Virus record (IMG/VR): IMGVR_UViG_3300028165_000034
Span: 1-64,000 of that record
Length of the DNA stretch: 64,000 nt
Source of the DNA: an uncultured virus (IMG/VR IMGVR_UViG_3300028165_000034)
Lineage: Duplodnaviria > Heunggongvirae > Uroviricota > Caudoviricetes
Direction: 5' to 3' (one strand)
This document shows, piece by piece, positions 1-8,190 of this stretch. Position numbers and translations under genes: made by a program. The notes below the pieces were generated by a model. That model searched no databases and was not told the DNA's origin. It saw only the letters and a list, made by a program, of their open reading frames with translations. Positions within the stretch are counted from its first letter, which is position 1; each line of letters opens with the position of its first letter.

Positions 1-160
1 CCCGAAGTTGTCTGCTCCCAAATACGCAGGCACGATGTTCTCCACGTTGCAGCATCCACGCATGACGTGGACGCGCAAGGCTATCTGGACTTCTGTGACT
101 ACGTCCTGCGACAACATCCGGACGTCCTGATATTCGACCCATTCAACAAGGACCGCACGT

Positions 161-454
161 ATGACGAACTTGTTTCCTTCCTCCGAGAGAGCAGCGGAGG
201 TGTTCTCGAAACTGACCACGCTGGCTGACGATATGGGTACAGTGATTGGTGAGTTCGACCAGTCAGCAACTACGTTCAAGCGCAAGGCTCCGCACGACAA
301 CGTGCGCATCCAAGTGACAGATACCGTGCTGGTGTTCTTCGCACGTGGACCGTACAAGGAACCACTGCGCGAGTTCTTCGAGAACCCTGTACATAGCAAT
401 GATCCAGTCAGACTGCGCAGTGCCATACGCGCAATGGCAATACGGGAGCCCTAG
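161..454 (+). CDS. hypothetical protein
   Basis: 97-aa ORF with AAGGA upstream, followed by a terminator hairpin. Confidence 0.6.
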   Translation: MTNLFPSSERAAEVFSKLTTLADDMGTVIGEFDQSATTFKRKAPHDNVRIQVTDTVLVFFARGPYKEPLREFFENPVHSNDPVRLRSAIRAMAIREP

Positions 455-467
455 TGGTTCCCGTTTT
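442..467 (+). terminator. rho-independent terminator
   Basis: ACGGGAGCC-ctagt-GGTTCCCGT followed by T run. Confidence 0.7.
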
Positions 468-512
468 CATTTCCCTTGGTAATTTTTCCAGCATTGACTG
501 GGAGGTTACCGT

Positions 513-1016
513 ATGCAAGGTCTGTTTGGAAACAACGCACCGATGAAGAAACGCAGACAGAAGCGTTCCGAGAAGTACAAGCAGTACCACTATGAGTTCC
601 ACGGTCGGCAACTGCTGGTTCAAGGCTACGAGCGACAAGCGCTGGAGTACCTTGTCGAGAAAGGCGGATTCGACCCGGCCGACATTCGTACCGAGTGCGA
701 AATGGGTAACGCCCTGAACATTCGCTACAAGTACGGCAAGCGCTGGCGTACCTACATGCCTGATATCTTCATTCGCAACCACAACATCATCGTGGAAGTG
801 AAGTCGAAGGCAACGATGGGCCTGATCAACAACAAGAAGCGCGGCTGGAGCATGAACAAGGCTAAGGCCAAGGCATGCCAAGAGCGCGGCTTCAAGTTCT
901 GCGTGCTGCTCATGACGGGCTCTGGTAAGCGCATCCCGTTACCGAAGCGCTGGATGTTCATGCAGAAGGATGAGTGCCTGCGCATCATGCGTGAGGAACT
1001 CGGAGTGGTGATCTAA
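513..1016 (+). CDS. PD-(D/E)xK endonuclease (TnsA N-terminal / head-completion nuclease-like)
   Basis: YMPDIFI...IIVEVKS motif and KAKACQERGFKF helix; GGGAGG RBS. Confidence 0.65.
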   Translation: MQGLFGNNAPMKKRRQKRSEKYKQYHYEFHGRQLLVQGYERQALEYLVEKGGFDPADIRTECEMGNALNIRYKYGKRWRTYMPDIFIRNHNIIVEVKSKATMGLINNKKRGWSMNKAKAKACQERGFKFCVLLMTGSGKRIPLPKRWMFMQKDECLRIMREELGVVI

Positions 1017-1024
1017 ACTGTAAA
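1016..1024 (+). promoter_or_regulatory. candidate phage promoter motif AACTGTAAA
   Basis: Identical 9-mer at 3176 and 30481, each at a gene or operon boundary. Confidence 0.5.
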
Positions 1025-1050
1025 CTCCAGACAAACCACTGGAGAATGCT

Positions 1051-1284
1051 ATGGCACATTCAGCACAAAACGACCGTAAAACGTTCGCCCTCATCCTTCT
1101 GGCTGTTGCGGGCGTGGTAGTATTCATCATGTTGATGATCTACGGGTTCACTGCATGGAGTCGTTGGATGGCAGCGACTTCCGTGCAAAAGCAAGTTTAC
1201 TCGCCGCGGCCCGGCATCGAGTGTTTCATCGCAACTGGCACGGACGGTGTCGCGACCGACTGCTACCCAATTCCCAAGAACTAA
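1051..1284 (+). CDS. small membrane protein
   Basis: One hydrophobic segment FALILLAVAGVVVFIMLMIYGF; GGAG RBS. Confidence 0.65.
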   Translation: MAHSAQNDRKTFALILLAVAGVVVFIMLMIYGFTAWSRWMAATSVQKQVYSPRPGIECFIATGTDGVATDCYPIPKN

Positions 1285-1299
1285 CAGGCTATTAAGCAA

Positions 1300-2106
1300 A
1301 TGGCAGAATTGACCATCAAGGACCTCAAAGAGGCCAAGTATAACCCGCGTGTCATCAGTGAAAAGCGACTGGACAACCTGCACCTGTCCATGACTACCTA
1401 CGGTGACCTGTCCGGCGTCGTCTTCAACAAGAAGACCCAGAACCTGATTTCCGGTCACCAGCGCTTGAAGCGTCTGCGCGGTAAGGACGTCAAGACCAAG
1501 ATCGTCACAAAGCCTGTGAAGGACGCCTTCGGTACCGTTGCAGAAGGTCACATCGTTGCGAAGACTGCGAGCGGCGAAATCCGTATCCCACTACGCATCG
1601 TGGACTGGAGCGACAAGAAATCCGAGATGGCGGCCAACATCGCAGCGAACGCGCACGGTGGCGACTTCGACCGTACCAAGCTGGGCGTTATGCTGGAGAA
1701 GCTCGACGCCGGCAAGTCGTTCGACGTGAACGTTCTGGGTATCGACCCACTGAGCCTGCGTGGCTTGATGCCAAAGATGCCAACGCTCGACTCCAAAGGT
1801 CGCGAAATCGACAACGATGGCGAAGGCAAGGAGTCGTTCCAAGAGTTCGGCGAGGACAGCTTCGAGTTCGAGCATTGCTGCCCGAAGTGCAAATTCCAGT
1901 TCAACACCAGTGCCAAGTCGCAGCCTGCGGCCAAGGCTGAGCCGAAAGCTCCGAAGCTCAAGCTGAAAGAGAAAGACGGCAAGAAGGAAAAGTCGAAAGA
2001 CAAAGAGAAGGTCAAGAGTAAGGACAAGGGTGACAAGCCCAAGAAATCCAAGCTCGCGGCTCCGAAGAAAACAGAGCTGAAAATGCCAGCGAAGAAAAAG
2101 AAGTAA
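1300..2106 (+). CDS. ParB/Srx-like N-terminal domain protein with CxxC motif and Lys-rich tail
   Basis: YNPRVI...LISGHQRL ParB signature; CCPKC; basic C-terminus. Confidence 0.75.
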   Translation: MAELTIKDLKEAKYNPRVISEKRLDNLHLSMTTYGDLSGVVFNKKTQNLISGHQRLKRLRGKDVKTKIVTKPVKDAFGTVAEGHIVAKTASGEIRIPLRIVDWSDKKSEMAANIAANAHGGDFDRTKLGVMLEKLDAGKSFDVNVLGIDPLSLRGLMPKMPTLDSKGREIDNDGEGKESFQEFGEDSFEFEHCCPKCKFQFNTSAKSQPAAKAEPKAPKLKLKEKDGKKEKSKDKEKVKSKDKGDKPKKSKLAAPKKTELKMPAKKKK

Positions 2107-2116
2107 GGACGCAGCC

Positions 2117-3130
2117 ATGGCCAATGAGAAACGCATTCCCAAGATCCCTTCGATGAAGAAGATCAACGCGCTGCCCAAGCACTTCAAAGGCATCAGTTCT
2201 TTCAGTGGCTGTGGCGGCTCGTCTACTGGCGTGAAGATGGCGGGCATCCAAGTGCTCGCGGCTACCGAGTTCATCAAGCCGGCCATCGAAACCTACCAGA
2301 AGAACCACAAAGGCACCATGGTCATCGGCGAAGACATTCGCAAGGTTGACTGGGCAGCCATTCGCAAAGAGCTTGGCCTGAAACGTGGCCAGCTCGACTT
2401 CTCGGAAGGTAGCCCACCGTGCAAGTCATTCTCCACGTCTGGTACTGGCAGTGATGACTGGGGCAAGGAGAAGCTGTACAGCGAGAACGTCTACCAGCGC
2501 ACAGACGACCTCTTCTACGAGGAAATGCGCAAGCTGGAAGCCTTCATGCCGAAGGTATTTGTTTGCGAGAATGTCAAAGGCATGGTCGAGGGTGACGCGA
2601 AAGGCTACTTCGTCGAAATTCTCCGTGACTTGAAGGCGATCGGTTACAGCGTGCGTGCGCAAGTGCTCAACGCTGCATACCTTGGTGTGGCGCAAGCCCG
2701 TGAGCGTGTGATCTTCGTCGGCGTGCGTGACGATCTGGTGAAGAAAGGTTTCGACCCTGTATTCCCAACGCCGCACAAGTATGCCATCAACGTGAATGAC
2801 GTTCTACCTCACGTGGCGTACCTGAAGTCGAAGCACAAGGGTGACCTGAAGTACGTGCCTGCGTCGATCCCGTCACCTACAATCGTGGCTTCGGATGGCA
2901 CCAACAGCGAGACTGCTGGATTCTCCTCAGGTGGATTCATCGAGACGCTGAGCGGTGAGCGCCGTAAGTACACCATCGACGAGTTGAAGACCATCTTCAC
3001 CTTCCCCGAAGACTTCATCTTCACTGGTACCTACAAGCAGCAGTTTGAGCGCATCGGCCGCTCGGTACCACCGCTCATGATGTACCACGTTTGCCGCGAG
3101 CTTCGCCGCAATATCCTCGAAAAGCTGTAA
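2117..3130 (+). CDS. C5-cytosine DNA methyltransferase family; candidate carboxymethyltransferase
   Basis: Motif I FSGCGG, IV PPCKSFS, VI ENVKG, VIII QARERVIFVG, X IGRSVPP (Arg where Asn is usual). Confidence 0.92.
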   Translation: MANEKRIPKIPSMKKINALPKHFKGISSFSGCGGSSTGVKMAGIQVLAATEFIKPAIETYQKNHKGTMVIGEDIRKVDWAAIRKELGLKRGQLDFSEGSPPCKSFSTSGTGSDDWGKEKLYSENVYQRTDDLFYEEMRKLEAFMPKVFVCENVKGMVEGDAKGYFVEILRDLKAIGYSVRAQVLNAAYLGVAQARERVIFVGVRDDLVKKGFDPVFPTPHKYAINVNDVLPHVAYLKSKHKGDLKYVPASIPSPTIVASDGTNSETAGFSSGGFIETLSGERRKYTIDELKTIFTFPEDFIFTGTYKQQFERIGRSVPPLMMYHVCRELRRNILEKL

Positions 3131-3136
3131 GCCTCG

Positions 3137-3168
3137 CACAAAGGGAGCCATCGCGCTCCCTTTTTGTG
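3137..3168 (+). terminator. rho-independent terminator
   Basis: AAAGGGAGC-catcgc-GCTCCCTTTTT. Confidence 0.75.
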
Positions 3169-3175
3169 GCCTTGA

Positions 3176-3184
3176 AACTGTAAA
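3176..3184 (+). promoter_or_regulatory. candidate phage promoter motif AACTGTAAA
   Basis: Directly after a terminator and upstream of the cmoA-like gene. Confidence 0.5.
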
Positions 3185-3227
3185 TGACCAGTAAGCCCAC
3201 ATGGGCATCAAACATGGAGTTACGGAC

Positions 3228-4013
3228 ATGCAACCAATCGAAACCCTGCGCGACGATCACGTACCCGGCCAGAAGTGGGAGTTCAACGAGGACGTCGCCA
3301 AGAAGTTTGACAACATGCTGGAGCGCAGCATCCCCGGCTATGGTTCGATGCGTGAATTGGTGTGGCGACTGGGCAAGAACTTCGTCAAGACACCGTGCAA
3401 CGTCATTGACCTCGGTGCAAGCCGCGGTGAAGCGAGTGCCAAGTTCATTGGTGCGTTCCCAGAAGCCCAGTTCTATCTGAGCGAAATCTCGGACCCGATG
3501 CTTGAAGAAATGCGTGGGCGCTTCGCCGACCAGTTCAACGTACACCCGTGCAGCTACGACCTGCGCAAGAAGGCCAAAGAGATTGCCGACGCCATTCGCT
3601 GGCCGAGTGCGCACATGAGTGGCAGTGTGGAATTCCACAAAGTGCAGACGCTGCCGACTAACCTCGTGCTGTCGATCCTTACCATGATCTTCGTGCCGAT
3701 CAATTTCCGACCGTCCATCCTAAAGGGCGTGTACGATGGTCTGGAATCTGGCGGTGCCTTCTTCATGGTAGAGAAGGTGCTGGGCAACACGGCAGTGATG
3801 CAAGAACTGCTGGTCGATGCCTACCATGAGTACAAGCACGACAACGGCTATAGCTGGGAAGACATTGAGCGCAAGCGTGCAGCCCTCGAAGGTGTTCAGG
3901 TCCCAGTGACCCATGAGAACAATATCGAAATGCTGCGCACCGCTGGCTTCCGTAGCGTCGAGACGTTCTTCCGCAACCTCAACTTCGTGGGCTACATCGC
4001 CATCAAGGACTAA
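3228..4013 (+). CDS. cmoA: CmoA-like carboxy-S-adenosyl-L-methionine synthase (alternative start 3201)
   Basis: WEFNEDVAKKFDNMLERSIPGY, DLGASRG SAM-binding motif, and ERKRAALEGV matching the CmoA KRxxLE segment; GGAG upstream of 3228. Confidence 0.8.
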   Translation: MQPIETLRDDHVPGQKWEFNEDVAKKFDNMLERSIPGYGSMRELVWRLGKNFVKTPCNVIDLGASRGEASAKFIGAFPEAQFYLSEISDPMLEEMRGRFADQFNVHPCSYDLRKKAKEIADAIRWPSAHMSGSVEFHKVQTLPTNLVLSILTMIFVPINFRPSILKGVYDGLESGGAFFMVEKVLGNTAVMQELLVDAYHEYKHDNGYSWEDIERKRAALEGVQVPVTHENNIEMLRTAGFRSVETFFRNLNFVGYIAIKD

Positions 4014-4016
4014 GCA

Positions 4017-4469
4017 ATGCGCGAACTCCAATTGCTCCGCAAGCGTGTGAAAACGCTGTGGAAAATGGAAGAGGGCCTGAGCCCGAATGAGCGTCGCCTT
4101 CATCAGTGGCAAGTGTCTGCAACCCAAGCAGGCATCATGTACACCGTTGGTAAGGGCGATGCCAACACGTTCTTCTATGCCGTCAACGGCAACGATATGA
4201 AGTTCGTGATGCCAGACGTGATGATGAAGTTGCTGGACGATTGGACCAACAGCGATTACGTGGCGTACACGATCACCAAGAAGAAGGATATCAGCGGCAT
4301 GCCTTTGCGCACGTCGCCAGCCGCCTTCCTTAAAGTGACGAAGGACAAGTACCTGGGTTACTACATCGTGGGCATCAAGTCCAACGGTGACATTGTTCGC
4401 CTGCACAAACTTGAAGGCGGACTCCAGGGTAATCACTGGGTAAAATTCAAAGGCAAGAAGAAACGCTAG
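4017..4469 (+). CDS. hypothetical protein within the modification cluster
   Basis: 150-aa ORF tightly coupled to both neighbours. Confidence 0.7.
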   Translation: MRELQLLRKRVKTLWKMEEGLSPNERRLHQWQVSATQAGIMYTVGKGDANTFFYAVNGNDMKFVMPDVMMKLLDDWTNSDYVAYTITKKKDISGMPLRTSPAAFLKVTKDKYLGYYIVGIKSNGDIVRLHKLEGGLQGNHWVKFKGKKKR

Positions 4470-4477
4470 GAGCGATC

Positions 4478-5335
4478 ATGGATCAGAAGACGCGAGCCAG
4501 AAAGCTCCGTAAAGCCCTTGTTGAACGGGCAGCGTCGTACGGCGTGAAGAAGGTAGCCGTGCCAATGAGCAGCGGTGTGGACAGTCACTGCGCCCTGTTC
4601 GCTTGCCTTGAGGCTGGGTTGAAGCCGCATGTGTACAGCTTCCACCTCGAAGGTGTCGAGAGCCGCGACGTGCGCATCGCCCAACTGACTGCGAAAGAGT
4701 TCGGACTGCCGTTTACCAAAGTCACATTGCCCACTGGTCAGAAGCGTTTGATGAAGGACGTCGTGAAGCTCGCCGAGTTTGGCTGCCGATCGAAGACCGA
4801 CTTCGAGTGCTTCTGGCCAATGTACCATCTGCTGCCCAAGATCAAGGAAGACGTGTTCTTCACTGGTCACGGTGCAGACAGCCTGTACTGCCTGAGTCGC
4901 AAAGCCTGCCAGCACTACGCTGGGCGCGAAGACGAATTCCGTGCGCTCGCATTCTCGTCCAACAAAGCCTTCCAGAAGGGCTTGATCGAGAAGTGGTGTG
5001 CAGAGAACGGCGGTGACCTTGCGTACTGCCCGATCTTCTTCACACCGAAGATTCTGAAAATCTTCCAGGGTGCGACCCCTGCTGACCTGAACAAGCCTAT
5101 TCAGAAGGCAGTCAGCCGCATGGCATTCGAGGAGTATTTCGAGCGCGTGCGTGTGTACGTTCACCAACCGTTTCAGTTGGGTGACACTGGCATCAAGGCT
5201 GGCTTCGAGGAGCATCTGCTCGAAAGCCCACTGAACACCAAAGGCTACAAGTCTGTAGTCGGCATCTACAACGAGCTGGTGCGTACTCACGGTCCAGCAG
5301 TAAGCGAACCAGATACAGGGTGGGACGACGAATGA
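4478..5335 (+). CDS. asparagine synthetase-like ATP pyrophosphatase (amide ligase) lacking a glutaminase domain
   Basis: PP-loop MSSGVDS near the N-terminus, FTGHGADSLY (AsnB GxGADE-like), QKAVSRMAF; only 285 aa. Confidence 0.8.
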   Translation: MDQKTRARKLRKALVERAASYGVKKVAVPMSSGVDSHCALFACLEAGLKPHVYSFHLEGVESRDVRIAQLTAKEFGLPFTKVTLPTGQKRLMKDVVKLAEFGCRSKTDFECFWPMYHLLPKIKEDVFFTGHGADSLYCLSRKACQHYAGREDEFRALAFSSNKAFQKGLIEKWCAENGGDLAYCPIFFTPKILKIFQGATPADLNKPIQKAVSRMAFEEYFERVRVYVHQPFQLGDTGIKAGFEEHLLESPLNTKGYKSVVGIYNELVRTHGPAVSEPDTGWDDE

Positions 5336-5967
5336 GCACCGTGATGACCAAGTACACTCGGATCAACCTGAACACGGCCGAGCTGTACTTCAAACAAGCC
5401 TGCGCCGAGTTGTACCCAACGTTCGATCATCCGAACAAGGCACAGTTGCGCGCAGCCTACGACAAGATCATGGACGGCGGTGTTGATCGTCCAGAATTTG
5501 AGCGTCCTGCTGAGTGTCCAGCACTGACGCCTCTCCAGATCGAGTTCGCAGAAGGTGTGGCCAAGCTGGTTGAAGAATACTTCGACTCGGCATCGCCAAG
5601 CGCGACCGCCGTGTACACCTTCCTCGCGTTCGAAGGCCTCGACCCGAAAGAAGGCTACCACATCAGCGAAGACAAGCATGTGATCGACCTGTTCGCTCGC
5701 TTCGTTGACCTAGGCAAAGGTGCCTACGACTACATCGCTCGCCGTGCAATCCAGCAGACCCATGTCGATCCCCGTTTCATCGTGATCCGTTTGGCTGACG
5801 ACTGCAAGCGCTACGGCGTGCGTACTCTGCGTGCTCCAACGTCGGAAGGTGAAGTGATGTTCAGCCTCGATCCGCTTGAGCACCACAAGAAGTTCGACAA
5901 TCAAATCTTCATCCCAGCGATCGGCGGTTACTACGGCATCGTTGGCAAGACTCGTTCCGAGGGCTGA
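5332..5967 (+). CDS. hypothetical protein
   Basis: ATGA overlap with upstream stop. Confidence 0.7.
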   Translation: MSTVMTKYTRINLNTAELYFKQACAELYPTFDHPNKAQLRAAYDKIMDGGVDRPEFERPAECPALTPLQIEFAEGVAKLVEEYFDSASPSATAVYTFLAFEGLDPKEGYHISEDKHVIDLFARFVDLGKGAYDYIARRAIQQTHVDPRFIVIRLADDCKRYGVRTLRAPTSEGEVMFSLDPLEHHKKFDNQIFIPAIGGYYGIVGKTRSEG

Positions 5968-5969
5968 CC

Positions 5970-6572
5970 ATGTCTCAGTACAAGCTGAAAGATTTCCCAA
6001 TGGAGGAATACGACTATCCAACTGCGCAGATCATGCGCGATGGAGGTATCGCCTTCGACACCCGCTACGACTACGTTGCTAGTTCGTTTCTCGATGGTCT
6101 GGTAAACTACGGGAAGAACCACGTCGCGTTCCTGCTGGCGCGCTACGGTCTTGAAAAGCCAGAGGGTGAGCGCGTTGACAATGACGAAGACAACGATGCC
6201 AACTGGATCGCACCTACTGTCGAGAACTACCAAGCGTTTGCAGATGCTGCAACCGCGAAACACCACTTCAAGGCCAAAGGCGACGACTGGTTGGTACTGT
6301 ACGAAACCGACAACAGCTACTTTCTGATGTGGTACGATCAGGACAGTAGCGATTGCAGTGTTGAGCGTTACAGCCGCCGCTCGCTTGCAGAGCCGCAGTA
6401 CGGCATCAAGACACTCGACGAGTTTGTCGAAGCCCGCATCGCCATGTTCCGTGAAGCGCACTTCCGTGACGATCCACGTGGCGGTTACTATCCACGCGGG
6501 CAAACCCCGCAAGAGCGTGTGGACATTCTCGTTCGCGCTGCCAACAACCCACGTGGCTGGATCAGCTCGTAA
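5970..6572 (+). CDS. hypothetical protein
   Basis: 200-aa ORF in operon, typical codon usage. Confidence 0.7.
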   Translation: MSQYKLKDFPMEEYDYPTAQIMRDGGIAFDTRYDYVASSFLDGLVNYGKNHVAFLLARYGLEKPEGERVDNDEDNDANWIAPTVENYQAFADAATAKHHFKAKGDDWLVLYETDNSYFLMWYDQDSSDCSVERYSRRSLAEPQYGIKTLDEFVEARIAMFREAHFRDDPRGGYYPRGQTPQERVDILVRAANNPRGWISS

Positions 6573-6581
6573 GGAATTCCC

Positions 6582-7607
6582 ATGGCCAAGAAAGACAAAG
6601 AGAAGAAAAAGGAGAAGAAGTCCAAGTCTCCTGCGATGATGGCGATCCAGAAGGACAGCTACATCATCGTGCGTGTTGGCACCAAGCATCATCTGTGCCT
6701 CGCGATCAACCCTGAGCGCAATCGCGCAGTGATCGACCGCACTCTGGCTGACGAAGAACACCAGACCATTGAGTACGATGACCAAACACTGGTTGCCAAC
6801 CTCGGTCTGAACCCGAAGCCAGGTGGTAATGCGTTCGGCGTGAAGATCAACCCATACATCACCAGCGTCGATTCCAAGTACGGACCGATGCACTTCTTCC
6901 GTGTGCTGGAAGACCTGGAGAAGAAAGCGCTCAAGTCTGCGCTGCGTCGTACCTACGATGCGATGCTGGAGAACAACCTGAACATCTTCCCGCTTGGCAG
7001 CATCAAGCTGTTCCCGAAGCGTGGAAAGTACGCAGGCTGCTACCACATCAAGCGCTCCATGAGCGAGTTCACTGACGGCATCGACCTGTACCCAGACACG
7101 TTCACCGACCGTGCGTACAACGAGTATGTCCTGTACCACGAGTACGCGCACGCAGTCTGGTTCCGCATGGTGCCTGGTGCGTACAAGGCGCGCTGGATCA
7201 AGCTCTACCACAAGCGTCTGGAGCTGAACAGCATCCTGAAAGATCGGTTGGAGTCGATGCTTGGTGAACTGATCGAGTTCAGCGGCACGTTCAAGGAATT
7301 CTATAAAGAGCTTGAAGATCAAGACTCTCTGGTGTTCCGCGAAGTGCTCAGCCACTACAAGCGCTACCACAAGCTCGACGGCCGCAGCCTCGAAATCCTC
7401 TATCTTGAGGACAGCGAGAAGTTCGCCTCGATGTGGCCGAAGCGTACAACGATCGTGGAGTCGCGTCCTGATCTGTCCGAATACTCCATGGTGAGCCCGG
7501 ACGAGTTCTTTGCAGAGGCATTCGCATTCCACATGACTGGGAAGACGATGCCTAAAGACATTACCAAGGCTATGGAGAAAACCCTGAAGGCGCTCCAGAG
7601 CATCTAA
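6582..7607 (+). CDS. zincin-like metallopeptidase
   Basis: HEYAH (HExxH) with downstream SEYSMVSPDEFFAEAF. Confidence 0.65.
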   Translation: MAKKDKEKKKEKKSKSPAMMAIQKDSYIIVRVGTKHHLCLAINPERNRAVIDRTLADEEHQTIEYDDQTLVANLGLNPKPGGNAFGVKINPYITSVDSKYGPMHFFRVLEDLEKKALKSALRRTYDAMLENNLNIFPLGSIKLFPKRGKYAGCYHIKRSMSEFTDGIDLYPDTFTDRAYNEYVLYHEYAHAVWFRMVPGAYKARWIKLYHKRLELNSILKDRLESMLGELIEFSGTFKEFYKELEDQDSLVFREVLSHYKRYHKLDGRSLEILYLEDSEKFASMWPKRTTIVESRPDLSEYSMVSPDEFFAEAFAFHMTGKTMPKDITKAMEKTLKALQSI

Positions 7608-7619
7608 AGGAGTTCACTG

Positions 7620-8186
7620 ATGAACGACCTCGCTACCTTGAAGTCCCTTACGAACATTATGCCGATCGCTACTCTCGGCAATCGCCCGCGTGACATTGCG
7701 TTCAACCGCTTCAAGTTTGAACGCCTCAGCGCGCATGGCTCTGTGGAAAACGGCATCGTCCTGACAATCAACGACGACGCCTTCGAAGATGTTGAGGAGT
7801 GGATGGACTACATCCGCTCGCCCATTGGAACTCAGACGGTGCATCGCACTGCTACAGCTGAGGACCTGCAGAGCCTATCGTTGGCTATGCCTGCAAATAT
7901 GCTGCGCAAACGCAACGTCACCAACTACGTGACTATGCTGACCGACGACAAAGTGGTGTTTCGTTTCGTGACGGCTCGGTGGCGAGGCGTGGACTATCCG
8001 ATCGAAGAACTCAATCGGTACTTCACCCAGCTGCGACTCGCGTACTACCTGAGCGACGAAGTGGGCGTTATTGATCTGCGAATTGCGCTGGGTAGTGTAA
8101 ACCATCATTACACCAGCATACATCAACTCGAGGACATCCTGTACACGATGGCCTACCATTTCTTCCGCGAAGATACGGAGCTCTAA
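7620..8186 (+). CDS. hypothetical protein
   Basis: AAGGAG RBS, 188 aa. Confidence 0.7.
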   Translation: MNDLATLKSLTNIMPIATLGNRPRDIAFNRFKFERLSAHGSVENGIVLTINDDAFEDVEEWMDYIRSPIGTQTVHRTATAEDLQSLSLAMPANMLRKRNVTNYVTMLTDDKVVFRFVTARWRGVDYPIEELNRYFTQLRLAYYLSDEVGVIDLRIALGSVNHHYTSIHQLEDILYTMAYHFFREDTEL

Positions 8187-8190
8187 TAGC

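Noticed and set aside
513..1016. TnsA-like nuclease as part of a Tn7 element
   Set aside because: No tnsB/tnsC or terminal repeats; such nucleases are common stand-alone phage genes
1051..1284. Holin call for the small membrane protein
   Set aside because: Far from the M15 peptidase, and a single TM segment is insufficient evidence
3228..4013. cmoA as a tRNA-modification gene
   Set aside because: No cmoB or tRNA seen in the window and the neighbour is a DNA C5 transferase; not fully excluded because host CmoB could use the product
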